The notes below the pieces were generated by a model. It had not been told where the DNA came from. It did no database searches and saw only the letters and a program-made list of their open reading frames with translations. From NCBI GenBank assembly GCA_963205195.1, contig CAUJHR010000023.1, positions 89,054-153,053 on the forward strand: a DNA stretch of 64,000 nt, read 5' to 3'. Shown here piece by piece: positions 9,726-18,904 of this stretch (positions are counted from its first letter, which is position 1; every line of letters starts with the position of its first letter). Source of the DNA: Pseudomonadota bacterium (GTDB lineage: Bacteria > Pseudomonadota > Alphaproteobacteria > Rickettsiales > SXRF01). Made by a program: the position numbers and the translations under genes.

Positions 9726-9811
9726 CCCTATTACTGTCATGCCGGTGAATACTGGCATCCATCTTTCTATGCACTTGATACCATCCCCATTTGGTATGGC
9801 AAGGAGTCTGC

Positions 9812-11953
9812 ATGGCTGACCTGCTGCTGGAACTTTTTTCGGAAGAAATACCTGCGCGGATGCAGCAGGCGGCGCTTGAGCATCTGCAGGCAGGCCTGCA
9901 CAAGGCACTGGGCGTTTCCGTAAGTGAAGGCTTTGTCACACCGCGCCGCCTTGCACTAATAATAAGGGATTTGCCTGAAATCCAGCCTGATATAAACACT
10001 GAACTTAAAGGGCCGAAAACTTCCGCGCCGGAAGCTGCGCTTGCTGGATTTTTAAAGAAAAACAACCTGACGCTTGAACAATTGGAAGATCGCGGCGGGG
10101 TATATTTTGCAACCGTCTATGAAAAAGGCAAGCCAACTGCGGAAATTTTACAGGCCGTAATAGTAGAGATACTGGAAAAATTCCCGTGGCCTAAATCGAT
10201 GCGCTGGGGAAGCGGATCGGCAATTTGGGTTCGCCCACTGCAAAGCATATTATGTATTTTTGACGGAAAAATAGTGCCGGTTGAATTTGCTGGTATCAAG
10301 GCCGGAAATATTACTTATGGCCATCGTTTCCTGGCGCCGCAGCCTATGATAATCCATAAGGTTGGGGAATACGAAAAATCGCTTGATAAATCTTTCGTAA
10401 TTGCCAGCCGTGATAAGCGCAAATCCGAGATAAGTAAACAGGCCCAGGAAATTGCAGCCGCCCATAACCTTATTGTAAAAAAAGATGATGCGCTTCTTGA
10501 AGAAGTAGTAGGGCTGGTTGAATTTCCAATGCTGCTGCTTGGGAAAATTGACGATAAATTCATGGATTTGCCCCCCGAAGTTTTGACTATGGTTATGCGT
10601 TCGCACCAGAAATATTTTGCTCTACAAAATAGCGATGGCAGCCTTTCTTCGCATTTCCTGATTACGGCGAATATGCAGGCTGAAGATAATGGGAAAGCAA
10701 TAATAGCTGGTAATGAGCGTGTTCTGCGCGCCCGTTTTGCCGATGCGCGTTTTTTCTGGGACACTGACCGTAAAAAACCACTTTCTGAGTGGGCGGAAGG
10801 CCTGAAAACCGTAACATATCATGCTAAGCTCGGCACTGTTGCCGATAAGGTGGAGCGTATCAATTCGCTCGCGCTAAAACTGAGTGATTATATCAAGGCC
10901 GATAAAAAATTAATAGGACGTGCCTGCGAGCTTTGCAAGGCGGACCTTGTTACTGGCATGGTCGGTGAATTTGCCGAACTGCAAGGAATAATGGGGCGCT
11001 ATTATGCTATGCAGCAAAAAGAATCGCATGAAGTTGCCGATGCTATTCGTGACCATTATAAACCAGCTGGTGCAGGTGATAATCTGCCTGTTGGGGAAAT
11101 AGGAATATGTATCGCGCTGGCTGATAAAATTGATACTATAGTTTCAATGTTTGCTATCGGTGAAAAGCCGACTGGGAGCAAAGATCCGTTTGCCCTGCGC
11201 CGTGCCGCTATCGGCATTATACGGATAATATTGGAAAATGGGCTGCGCCTTCCTCTTAAAAGCCTGTTCCTTTGCCCGCAGATACGAGTTGTTGCCCTGC
11301 ATAAGGCTCATGATAAACTTGTGAAAAAAACTGAGGAAAAGCTGAATGAGCCGCATAAAATAGGAAAATACCTAAGCGTTAGCGAAACTGCTTACGAAGA
11401 TATAGCTGAAGATGCAGCTGAAAAACTCTGCCTGGATATTTTCTCTTTTATAATAGATCGCCTTAAGGTGCAGCTTAAAGATTCTGGAATCCGCCATGAT
11501 GTTATTGATGCTGTTACAGCAAATGGTGATGATGATCTTGTACGCATAGTAAAATTTGCAAAAGAGCTGCAATCGCTTATCGCCTCAGAACAGGGGAAAA
11601 AATTATTATTAGTTTATAATCGCTCCAATAGTATTGTGGTAGCAGAAGAGAAAAAAGATAAAATCTCTTACAATAATCCGGTAAATGAATCTGCTTTAAC
11701 TGCTGAGGAGGAAAAAAACCTCTATAAAGCGATAGAAAATATAGTTTCTGCTGTTAATCAGGCCTTAAAGCAAGAATCGTTTGGCGATTTAATGGAAATG
11801 ATAGACAGAATTAGGCCATATTTAGAAACCTTCTTTGATAAATTGATGGTTAATGATTCTGATTCAGAAATTAGATCTAATAGGCTATGTTTATTATCAT
11901 CATTTTGCCGGACTTTAAATAAAGTTGCCGATTTCTCAAAGATTGAAGGATAA
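9812..11953 (+). CDS. glyS: Glycine--tRNA ligase beta subunit
   Basis: MADLLLELFSEEIPARMQ is the canonical GlyS N-terminus. ATG 9812 is preceded by AAGGAG (9801-9806). The track's TTG 9791 extension is therefore unlikely. Confidence 0.9.
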   Translation: MADLLLELFSEEIPARMQQAALEHLQAGLHKALGVSVSEGFVTPRRLALIIRDLPEIQPDINTELKGPKTSAPEAALAGFLKKNNLTLEQLEDRGGVYFATVYEKGKPTAEILQAVIVEILEKFPWPKSMRWGSGSAIWVRPLQSILCIFDGKIVPVEFAGIKAGNITYGHRFLAPQPMIIHKVGEYEKSLDKSFVIASRDKRKSEISKQAQEIAAAHNLIVKKDDALLEEVVGLVEFPMLLLGKIDDKFMDLPPEVLTMVMRSHQKYFALQNSDGSLSSHFLITANMQAEDNGKAIIAGNERVLRARFADARFFWDTDRKKPLSEWAEGLKTVTYHAKLGTVADKVERINSLALKLSDYIKADKKLIGRACELCKADLVTGMVGEFAELQGIMGRYYAMQQKESHEVADAIRDHYKPAGAGDNLPVGEIGICIALADKIDTIVSMFAIGEKPTGSKDPFALRRAAIGIIRIILENGLRLPLKSLFLCPQIRVVALHKAHDKLVKKTEEKLNEPHKIGKYLSVSETAYEDIAEDAAEKLCLDIFSFIIDRLKVQLKDSGIRHDVIDAVTANGDDDLVRIVKFAKELQSLIASEQGKKLLLVYNRSNSIVVAEEKKDKISYNNPVNESALTAEEEKNLYKAIENIVSAVNQALKQESFGDLMEMIDRIRPYLETFFDKLMVNDSDSEIRSNRLCLLSSFCRTLNKVADFSKIEG

Positions 11954-11959
11954 AAAAAT

Positions 11960-14620
11960 ATGAACGCTCAAACCAACACACAACGGAAAGAAAATATGGC
12001 TGAGAAATTAGTATACAGCTTTGCCGCATCTATGTCAGACGGCAATGGTAGCATGAAAAACCTGCTTGGCGGAAAAGGCGCGAACCTTGCGGAAATGTGC
12101 TCGCTTGGGCTTCCGGTTCCTCCAGGTTTTACTATCACTACCGAAGTATGTGTAGGCTATTATACTAACGGCAAAAAACTGCCAGATGATCTTAAGAAAC
12201 AGGTTGCAGATGCGCTTTCCAAAGTGGAAAAAGATGTGGGCGCAACTTTCGGCGACGCGAAAAACCCGCTATTGCTTTCGGTGCGCTCTGGCGCCCGTGC
12301 TTCCATGCCGGGGATGATGGACACCGTCTTGAATCTTGGCTTGAATGATATAACCGCGCAGGCGCTGGCTAAAAAAACCGGCAATGAGCGCTTTGCATAT
12401 GATAGCTATCGCCGTTTCATCCAGATGTATTCGGATGTGGTTTTAGAAGTCGACCATTACCATTTTGAAGAAATGCTGGAGCAAAAAAAACGCGACCGCG
12501 ATATTGAGCTTGATACCGAGCTTACTGCAGAAGATTTAAAAGACCTTGTCGTGCAGTATAAAGACAAGGTTGCCGAAGAGCTTGGCACACCTTTCCCGGA
12601 CGATGTCCATGCCCAACTCTGGGGAGCGATACAGGCAGTATTTAACTCATGGATGAATCCACGCGCTAACACTTACCGCCGCCTGCATGATATTCCTGAA
12701 AGCTGGGGAACTGCAGTTACCGTACAATCCATGGTGTTTGGCAATATGGGCGAAGATTGTGCAACCGGCGTAGCTTTCACCCGCAACCCGTCAACCGGCG
12801 AACATAAATATTATGGTGAATTCCTGGTAAATGCACAGGGTGAGGACGTAGTTGCAGGAATACGCACCCCGCAGCCGCTTGATGAAATGAAAGCGGTAAT
12901 GCCGCAGGTTTACAAGCAGCTTACCGATGTTTTCGACAAGCTCGAAGCGCACTACCGCGATATGCAGGATATTGAGTTCACCATCCAGAATAATAAGCTT
13001 TGGATGCTGCAAACAAGGAATGGCAAGCGTACAGCGGCAGCGGCGGTAAAAATAGCAGTAGACATGGTTTCAGAAAAAGTCATTACGAAAGCGGAAGCGA
13101 TTAAGAGAATAGATCCTTTATCGCTTGACCAGCTACTGCATCCTACCCTTGATCCCAAGGCTAAAAAAACCATCATTGCAACCGGGCTTCCTGCATCCCC
13201 GGGGGCTGCTTCCGGTAAAGTGGTTTTTACTGCAGAAGATGCTGAGGCTATGGCTCTTGACCATAAAGAAAAAGTTATATTGGTGCGTATCGAAACCTCG
13301 CCGGAAGATATCCATGGGATGCACGCCGCGCAAGGAATTCTGACCGCACGCGGCGGTATGACAAGCCACGCGGCAGTAGTTGCCCGCGGCATGGGTAAGC
13401 CTTGCGTTTCCGGTGCGGGCGATATACGGATCGATTACGTAAAAAAAGAGCTTAAAGCTGGAAGCCACACAATAAAAGAAGGTGATATTATAACAATAAA
13501 TGGCGGAACTGGTGAGGTTATGCTGGGTTTGATCGCGACTGTACAGCCAGTGCTTTCTGATGATTTTAATACACTTATGGGCTGGGCGGATGAGGTTCGT
13601 AAACTTAAGGTACGTACCAACGCTGAAACACCGGTGGATGCGGCTGTTGCCCGTAAATTCGGTGCCGAAGGCATTGGGCTTTGCCGCACCGAGCATATGT
13701 TCTTTGATGCACAGCGCATCATTGCAATGCGTGAAATGATAGTGGCGTCAAACGTTGATGGCCGTAAAGCTGCCCTTGCTAAACTGCTGCCGATGCAGCG
13801 CAATGATTTTGTCGAGCTGTTTCGCATAATGAGTGGGCTGCCTGTTACTATCCGCCTTCTTGACCCGCCGCTTCATGAGTTTTTACCGCACACTGAAGAA
13901 GATATAAAACAAGTGGCATCTGCCGCTGGGATAAGTGTTGAAATTGTGCGCCATCGCGCTCATGAGCTTAAGGAGCAAAATCCGATGCTGGGGCATCGCG
14001 GTTGCCGCCTAGGGATTACTTACCCGGAAATTTATGAGATGCAGGCGCGTGCGATTTTTGAAGCAGCTGCAACCATTATAAAAGAAGGCAAGGATAATGT
14101 GATTCCTGAAATCATGATCCCGCTGGTCATGATGCCAAAAGAGCTGGAAATACTAAAGGCGCTGGTGGATAAAACTGCAAGCGCGGTTATGCAGGAAACC
14201 GGTGCAAAGATCGAATATATGGTGGGAACCATGATAGAGCTGCCGCGTGCAGCTCTGCGTTCAGGGGAGATTGCAAACTCTGCTGAATTTTTCAGCTTCG
14301 GAACCAACGACCTGACACAGACCACGCTGGGTATTTCGCGTGATGATTCGGCTTCATTCATCGAGGCTTATAAGAAGCAGGGGATAGTTGAGCAGGACCC
14401 GTTCGTATCGCTTGACCAATCTGGTGTTGGCGAGCTTATAGGGTTTGCTGTTGAGCGTGGGCGCAAAACCCGCCCTGATTTGAAAATGGGGATTTGCGGT
14501 GAGCATGGCGGTGATCCGGCATCCATTGCTTTCTGCCAGAAAGCCGGGCTTGATTATGTTTCCTGCTCGCCGTACCGCGTGCCTGTAGCACGCCTTGCTG
14601 CAGCACAAGCTGCATTATAG
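11960..14620 (+). CDS. ppdK: Pyruvate, phosphate dikinase
   Basis: 886 aa. It has the phosphohistidine loop GGMTSHAAVVARGMGKPCV and the PEP-utilising C-terminal motif GICGEHGGDP. An alternative start is ATG 11996 (MAEKLVYSF). Confidence 0.95.
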   Translation: MNAQTNTQRKENMAEKLVYSFAASMSDGNGSMKNLLGGKGANLAEMCSLGLPVPPGFTITTEVCVGYYTNGKKLPDDLKKQVADALSKVEKDVGATFGDAKNPLLLSVRSGARASMPGMMDTVLNLGLNDITAQALAKKTGNERFAYDSYRRFIQMYSDVVLEVDHYHFEEMLEQKKRDRDIELDTELTAEDLKDLVVQYKDKVAEELGTPFPDDVHAQLWGAIQAVFNSWMNPRANTYRRLHDIPESWGTAVTVQSMVFGNMGEDCATGVAFTRNPSTGEHKYYGEFLVNAQGEDVVAGIRTPQPLDEMKAVMPQVYKQLTDVFDKLEAHYRDMQDIEFTIQNNKLWMLQTRNGKRTAAAAVKIAVDMVSEKVITKAEAIKRIDPLSLDQLLHPTLDPKAKKTIIATGLPASPGAASGKVVFTAEDAEAMALDHKEKVILVRIETSPEDIHGMHAAQGILTARGGMTSHAAVVARGMGKPCVSGAGDIRIDYVKKELKAGSHTIKEGDIITINGGTGEVMLGLIATVQPVLSDDFNTLMGWADEVRKLKVRTNAETPVDAAVARKFGAEGIGLCRTEHMFFDAQRIIAMREMIVASNVDGRKAALAKLLPMQRNDFVELFRIMSGLPVTIRLLDPPLHEFLPHTEEDIKQVASAAGISVEIVRHRAHELKEQNPMLGHRGCRLGITYPEIYEMQARAIFEAAATIIKEGKDNVIPEIMIPLVMMPKELEILKALVDKTASAVMQETGAKIEYMVGTMIELPRAALRSGEIANSAEFFSFGTNDLTQTTLGISRDDSASFIEAYKKQGIVEQDPFVSLDQSGVGELIGFAVERGRKTRPDLKMGICGEHGGDPASIAFCQKAGLDYVSCSPYRVPVARLAAAQAAL

Positions 14621-14625
14621 ATGCT

Positions 14626-15945
14626 ATGAGCGTAAAAGTACGCTTCGCTCCTTCTCCAACTGGCTACGTACATCTTGGCAATGTACGCACAGCGCTTGTC
14701 AACTGGCTGTTCGCAAAAAAAAGCGGGGGTGAATTCTGGCTGCGGATCGATGATACCGATACTGAGCGTTCAAAAGCAGAATATGAAGCTGCTATTAAAG
14801 AAGATTTAAGTTGGCTGGGTTTAAAATGGGATGGCTTCTTCAAGCAGTCACATAAATTCGCTGATTATGAAAAAGCCAGGCAAAAACTAATAGAATCAGG
14901 CAGGTTATATCCTTGCTATGAAACACCTGAAGAGCTGGATGTGCAGCGAAAAATGCAGGCTTCGCGCAGCCTTCCGCCGATTTATAACCGCGCCAGCCTT
15001 AAATTATCCAGGGAACAGAAAGAGAAATATGAAAGCGAAGGACGAAAGCCGCATTACCGCTTTTTGCTCGAGGACAAACCGATCATCTGGGATGATCTGA
15101 TCCGTGGCGAGGCGAAATTCCAGGCAACCCATATGAGCGACCCGGTTTTAGTGCGCGAAGATGGAGTTCCGCTATATACTTTCGCTTCAGTTGTGGATGA
15201 CGGGGATATGGGAATAACCCATATTGTGCGCGGAGAGGACCATGTATCCAATACTGCTGTGCAGGTTCAGATATTTGAAGCCCTGGGCTATGTGCTCCCG
15301 CGTTTCGGGCATCTGGCGCTGCTAAAGACCAAGGAGGGCGAAATGTCTAAGCGGGTTGGCGGCAATGACATACGTGCATTACGCGAAAACGGTATCATGC
15401 CAATGGCCATTAATTCGCTGCTGGCTCATATAGGAACTTCTGACGCGGTAGAGCCATTTACAAAGTTGCAGGAATTGGTAGCAAAATTCGATTTTGCCAA
15501 ATTCGGGCGCGCACCTGCTAATTATGATGTGGCTGAACTAGAAAAGATCAATGAAAAGATTTTGCATAAATTACCTTACGAAGAAGTTAAATCATTAATA
15601 GAATATGCCGATGAAAAATTCTGGATTTCTGTTCAGGCGAATTTAAAAACCATTTCTGAAGCAAAAATCTGGTGGGATATACTGCACGGGGAAGTTGTAG
15701 CGGATTTAAGCGGAGAAGAACGCAGTTTCCTGCACGAAACCCTCAAGTTTTTGCCACTTGAACCGTGGAATGAATCCAGCTGGGATTTGTGGCTTTCCCA
15801 AATTAAAACAACTACCGAGCGAAAAGGCAAAGAGCTTTTCATGCCTATCCGTAAAGCCCTTACGGGTAAGGAGCACGGCCCGGAGTTTAAGAAGCTATTG
15901 CCGCTTCTGGGGCGCGAACAAGTAATTAAAAGATTATCGGCATGA
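14626..15945 (+). CDS. gltX: Glutamate--tRNA ligase (short, 439-aa form)
   Basis: RFAPSPTGYVHLGNVRTALVNWLFAKKSGGEFWLRIDDTDTERS is the class-I HIGH region typical of GluRS. An MSKR motif (GEMSKRVGG) is present. Confidence 0.9.
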   Translation: MSVKVRFAPSPTGYVHLGNVRTALVNWLFAKKSGGEFWLRIDDTDTERSKAEYEAAIKEDLSWLGLKWDGFFKQSHKFADYEKARQKLIESGRLYPCYETPEELDVQRKMQASRSLPPIYNRASLKLSREQKEKYESEGRKPHYRFLLEDKPIIWDDLIRGEAKFQATHMSDPVLVREDGVPLYTFASVVDDGDMGITHIVRGEDHVSNTAVQVQIFEALGYVLPRFGHLALLKTKEGEMSKRVGGNDIRALRENGIMPMAINSLLAHIGTSDAVEPFTKLQELVAKFDFAKFGRAPANYDVAELEKINEKILHKLPYEEVKSLIEYADEKFWISVQANLKTISEAKIWWDILHGEVVADLSGEERSFLHETLKFLPLEPWNESSWDLWLSQIKTTTERKGKELFMPIRKALTGKEHGPEFKKLLPLLGREQVIKRLSA

Positions 15946-17396
15946 GCATATATCTATACAACACCCTGACTCGCCATAAGGAAGAATTTAAGCCTGCCGA
16001 TGCGAAAAACGTGCGTATGTATGTATGCGGGCCGACGGTTTACGATAGGCCGCATCTGGGCAATGCCCGTTCAGTCGTGGTATATGATGTGCTATACCGC
16101 CTGCTTCGCCATGTTTACGGCGAAAATCATGTGAATTACGTGCGTAATATTACCGATGTCGATGATAAGATAAATGCTGCCGCGAAAGCTAATGGCGAGC
16201 CTATTTCTGCGCTTACAAAGCGCGTGGAAGGCTGGTTCCATGATGATATTGCAGCGCTTAACTGCCTGCCGCCCACTAATGAACCGCATGCCACCGCGCA
16301 TATAGCGGAAATGATAGCGATAATCGAGAAATTGATCGCAGGCGGACATGCTTACGAAAGCGCAGGGCATGTATTGTTCCGCGTGGAAAGTTATAAGGAT
16401 TATGGGCGGCTTTCCGGGCGCAAACTTGAGGAACTGATCGCCGGTTCACGCGTGGAAGTGGAAAGCTATAAGGAAAATCCAGGCGATTTTGTGTTGTGGA
16501 AACCATCTGACGCGGGTGATGACCCAAGCAGTGTATTTCCTTCGCCGTGGGGTGCTGGCAGACCGGGCTGGCATATTGAATGTTCGGCAATGAGCTGCAA
16601 ATATCTTGGTGATGATTTCGACATTCATGGCGGTGGCGCCGACCTTATGTTCCCGCACCATGAAAATGAAATAGCCCAGTCGCGCTGCTCGGCACCGCAT
16701 TCGCATTTCGCAAAAACCTGGGTGCATAATGGATTCCTTACCGTAAATGGTGAAAAAATGAGTAAATCCCTTGGTAATTTCACTACCGTAAAGAATGTGC
16801 TGGACCAAGGTATACGAGGCGAGGTGATACGCTTTGCGCTGCTTTCCAGCCATTACCGAAGCCCTCTCGATTGGAATGAAAAGCTAATTCATGATGCTAA
16901 GAAAACATTAGATGGATGGTATAGAGTAATAAAACGTTATTATGACATATTGAATAATCAGAGTTTTGATAATTCAGAATTGGATAATTCAGAATTCAGA
17001 GCTGCACTTTATGATGACTTAAATTTACCTTTAGCAATAAGCTCTATGCATATAATAGCTACATCAGCTAACAAAATAATAGACAATCAAGTTGCTGCGA
17101 CAAGCCTGTTTAAATTAGGGAAATTTTTAGGTTTATTTTCTCTTACACCAGATGAATGGTTCAAGGGCAATCATGTGATATATGCAGATACTGTTAATTT
17201 TATTGTAAATGCCCCAGAATTTACGGCGGAAGTATCTGTTACTAATCCTAAAATTGATGAATTAGTTGCCGAGCGTTTAGAAGCTAAAAAATCCAAAAAC
17301 TGGGCGAGGGCAGACGAGATCAGAAAAATGCTTTCTTCCCAAGGTATTATACTAGAAGACCGTCCCGACGGCACAACAGATTGGCGTCGGGAATAA
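15942..17396 (+). CDS. cysS: Cysteine--tRNA ligase
   Basis: 484 aa. VCGPTVYDRPHLGNARS (HIGH), HIECSAM and KMSKSLGN motifs. Its start overlaps the gltX stop. Confidence 0.95.
   Translation: MSIYLYNTLTRHKEEFKPADAKNVRMYVCGPTVYDRPHLGNARSVVVYDVLYRLLRHVYGENHVNYVRNITDVDDKINAAAKANGEPISALTKRVEGWFHDDIAALNCLPPTNEPHATAHIAEMIAIIEKLIAGGHAYESAGHVLFRVESYKDYGRLSGRKLEELIAGSRVEVESYKENPGDFVLWKPSDAGDDPSSVFPSPWGAGRPGWHIECSAMSCKYLGDDFDIHGGGADLMFPHHENEIAQSRCSAPHSHFAKTWVHNGFLTVNGEKMSKSLGNFTTVKNVLDQGIRGEVIRFALLSSHYRSPLDWNEKLIHDAKKTLDGWYRVIKRYYDILNNQSFDNSELDNSEFRAALYDDLNLPLAISSMHIIATSANKIIDNQVAATSLFKLGKFLGLFSLTPDEWFKGNHVIYADTVNFIVNAPEFTAEVSVTNPKIDELVAERLEAKKSKNWARADEIRKMLSSQGIILEDRPDGTTDWRRE
16968..16997 (+). repeat. 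In-frame 15-bp tandem duplication inside cysS
   Basis: gataattcagaattg / gataattcagaattc (14 of 15 identical) encodes DNSEL-DNSEF. Confidence 0.8.
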
Positions 17397-17409
17397 TATC
17401 TAAGTCCCC

Positions 17410-17438
17410 TTGAAAGTTTGCTGAAAAACTACTATAAT
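17410..17438 (+). promoter_or_regulatory. Putative sigma70-type promoter of rpoH
   Basis: TTGAAA (17410-17415), a 17-bp spacer, then TATAAT (17433-17438). This is followed by the SD GAGAGGA (17449-17455) and ATG 17463. Confidence 0.55.
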
Positions 17439-17462
17439 AATCCTCCCAGAGAGGATTTATTG

Positions 17463-18383
17463 ATGAAAGTAAATAAGACCAAAATAGACGCAAATAAACA
17501 GGTTGCCCCGGTAAGTGCAGGAGCACTTGCTATTCCAGATAGCCCGTCATCACCTGATGGGCTGCGCCGTTATCTGCAGGATATTACCAAATTCCCGGTT
17601 TTAGAACCGAAAGAAGAATACGAGCTTTCCAAGAAATGGCGCGATGAAGGGGATACAGCTGCCGCGCACCGTCTGGTTACCAGCCATCTGCGCCTCGTTG
17701 CGAAGATCGCTTTCCGCTACCGCGGCTATGGTTTACCTATGGGCGAGTTGATTGCTGAAGGCAATATTGGCATGATGCAAGCCGTAAAACGCTTTGAGCC
17801 GGACAAAGGCTTCCGTCTTTCTACTTACGCCATGTGGTGGATTCGTGCAGCTATTCAGGAATATATACTGCGCTCTTGGTCGATGGTTAAAATTGGAAGT
17901 TCTGCTGCCCAGAAACGCCTGTTTTTTAACCTGCGTAAGATAAAAAACAAGATCGGCGCAGTAGGCGAGCGTGGCCTTACTAATGAACAGGCTGGCGATA
18001 TCGCGCAGATACTAGATGTAACCCGCGATGATGTTATTGATATGGACCAGCGCATGTCCGGCAATGATGTATATCTCAACAGCGCTATCTCGGCTGATGG
18101 CGATGGCGAAAAAATGGATATGCTGGTTGAACCTTCCGAAAGTCATGAAGCTATAATGGTACAGCGTGAAGAGCAGCAGGGCAGGCAGATTCTCTTAAGC
18201 AATGCGATGGCGAAGCTTAATGAACGCGAGCGCGATATTATCAATCGCCGCCGTTTGAAAGACGAGCCAGATACACTTGAAGACCTGAGCCAGATATATA
18301 ATATTTCGCGTGAGCGCGTGCGCCAGATCGAGGTGAGGGCGATGGAAAAGCTGCAAAAGGAAATTGTTGGAAACGCTGCGTGA
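17463..18383 (+). CDS. rpoH: RNA polymerase sigma-32 factor
   Basis: It has the RpoH box (QKRLFFNLRKIKNK) and sigma70 regions 2 and 4 (YAMWWIRAAIQEY; ISRERVRQIEVRAMEKL). The track's TTG 17418 start would place the predicted promoter inside the CDS, so I prefer ATG 17463. Confidence 0.9.
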   Translation: MKVNKTKIDANKQVAPVSAGALAIPDSPSSPDGLRRYLQDITKFPVLEPKEEYELSKKWRDEGDTAAAHRLVTSHLRLVAKIAFRYRGYGLPMGELIAEGNIGMMQAVKRFEPDKGFRLSTYAMWWIRAAIQEYILRSWSMVKIGSSAAQKRLFFNLRKIKNKIGAVGERGLTNEQAGDIAQILDVTRDDVIDMDQRMSGNDVYLNSAISADGDGEKMDMLVEPSESHEAIMVQREEQQGRQILLSNAMAKLNERERDIINRRRLKDEPDTLEDLSQIYNISRERVRQIEVRAMEKLQKEIVGNAA

Positions 18384-18904
18384 GTTTTTTCCTGCTTAAA
18401 AAGATATTTGCCAGCGATTCTTATGAGGCGGCGGCTCATGATGCCTATTTAATTTTAGTAGGGCAGGCTCGTCAGGAATATTTCTACACAAAATATGGTG
18501 TGGCAGATAATCTGGATGGCCGTTTCGATGTTATAGTGCTGCATATCTTCCTTCTGACTGCCCGCATTAAAAATGAAGCCCCGGAATTTTTGCGTTCAAT
18601 ATGGGAAGTGTTTTTTTCCGACATGGATAGAAGCCTGCGCGAGATGGGTGTCAGCGATACTGGTGTGGGCAAGCGTATAAAAAAAATGGCGCAGGCATTT
18701 TATGGCCGTATTGACGCTTATGAAAAAACCATCGCCGATACTGATTCCTTCAAAGAAAGCCTGAAACGTAATTTATACCGCGAAGCGCCAGTTACTGATG
18801 AGCAGCTTTCCGAATTGGTTGCATATGTTACCCGCAACAGGGACTTTCTGAAAACTCAAACTATGGAAGCCATAGCTAAAGGCGAAATAAAATTTTGCGG
18901 TTAA
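18380..18904 (+). CDS. Ubiquinol-cytochrome c chaperone (Cbp3-like) family protein
   Basis: 174 aa. DNLDGRFDVIVLHIFLLTARI fits the family pattern D..GRF....LH..L...R. The GTG start overlaps the rpoH stop (GTGA). Confidence 0.7.
   Translation: MSFFLLKKIFASDSYEAAAHDAYLILVGQARQEYFYTKYGVADNLDGRFDVIVLHIFLLTARIKNEAPEFLRSIWEVFFSDMDRSLREMGVSDTGVGKRIKKMAQAFYGRIDAYEKTIADTDSFKESLKRNLYREAPVTDEQLSELVAYVTRNRDFLKTQTMEAIAKGEIKFCG

Noticed and set aside
9791-9811. TTG/GTG-initiated N-terminal extensions proposed by the longest-ORF track (glyS 9791, rpoH 17418, WbpB/D fusion 42047, PGT 39006, SURF1 22276, crotonase 2074)
   Set aside because: In each case a downstream ATG gives the canonical family N-terminus and better signals. 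These are AAGGAG before 9812, a promoter plus SD before 17463, the Rossmann fold starting right after 42080, and removal of a 70-bp overlap at 38934. The shorter models were used.
12952-13827. Three overlapping antisense ORFs (146, 187 and 130 aa) inside ppdK
   Set aside because: They overlap each other and the conserved phosphohistidine domain of PPDK. Their composition is biased (Ala/Ser/Arg-rich). I treat them as non-coding.
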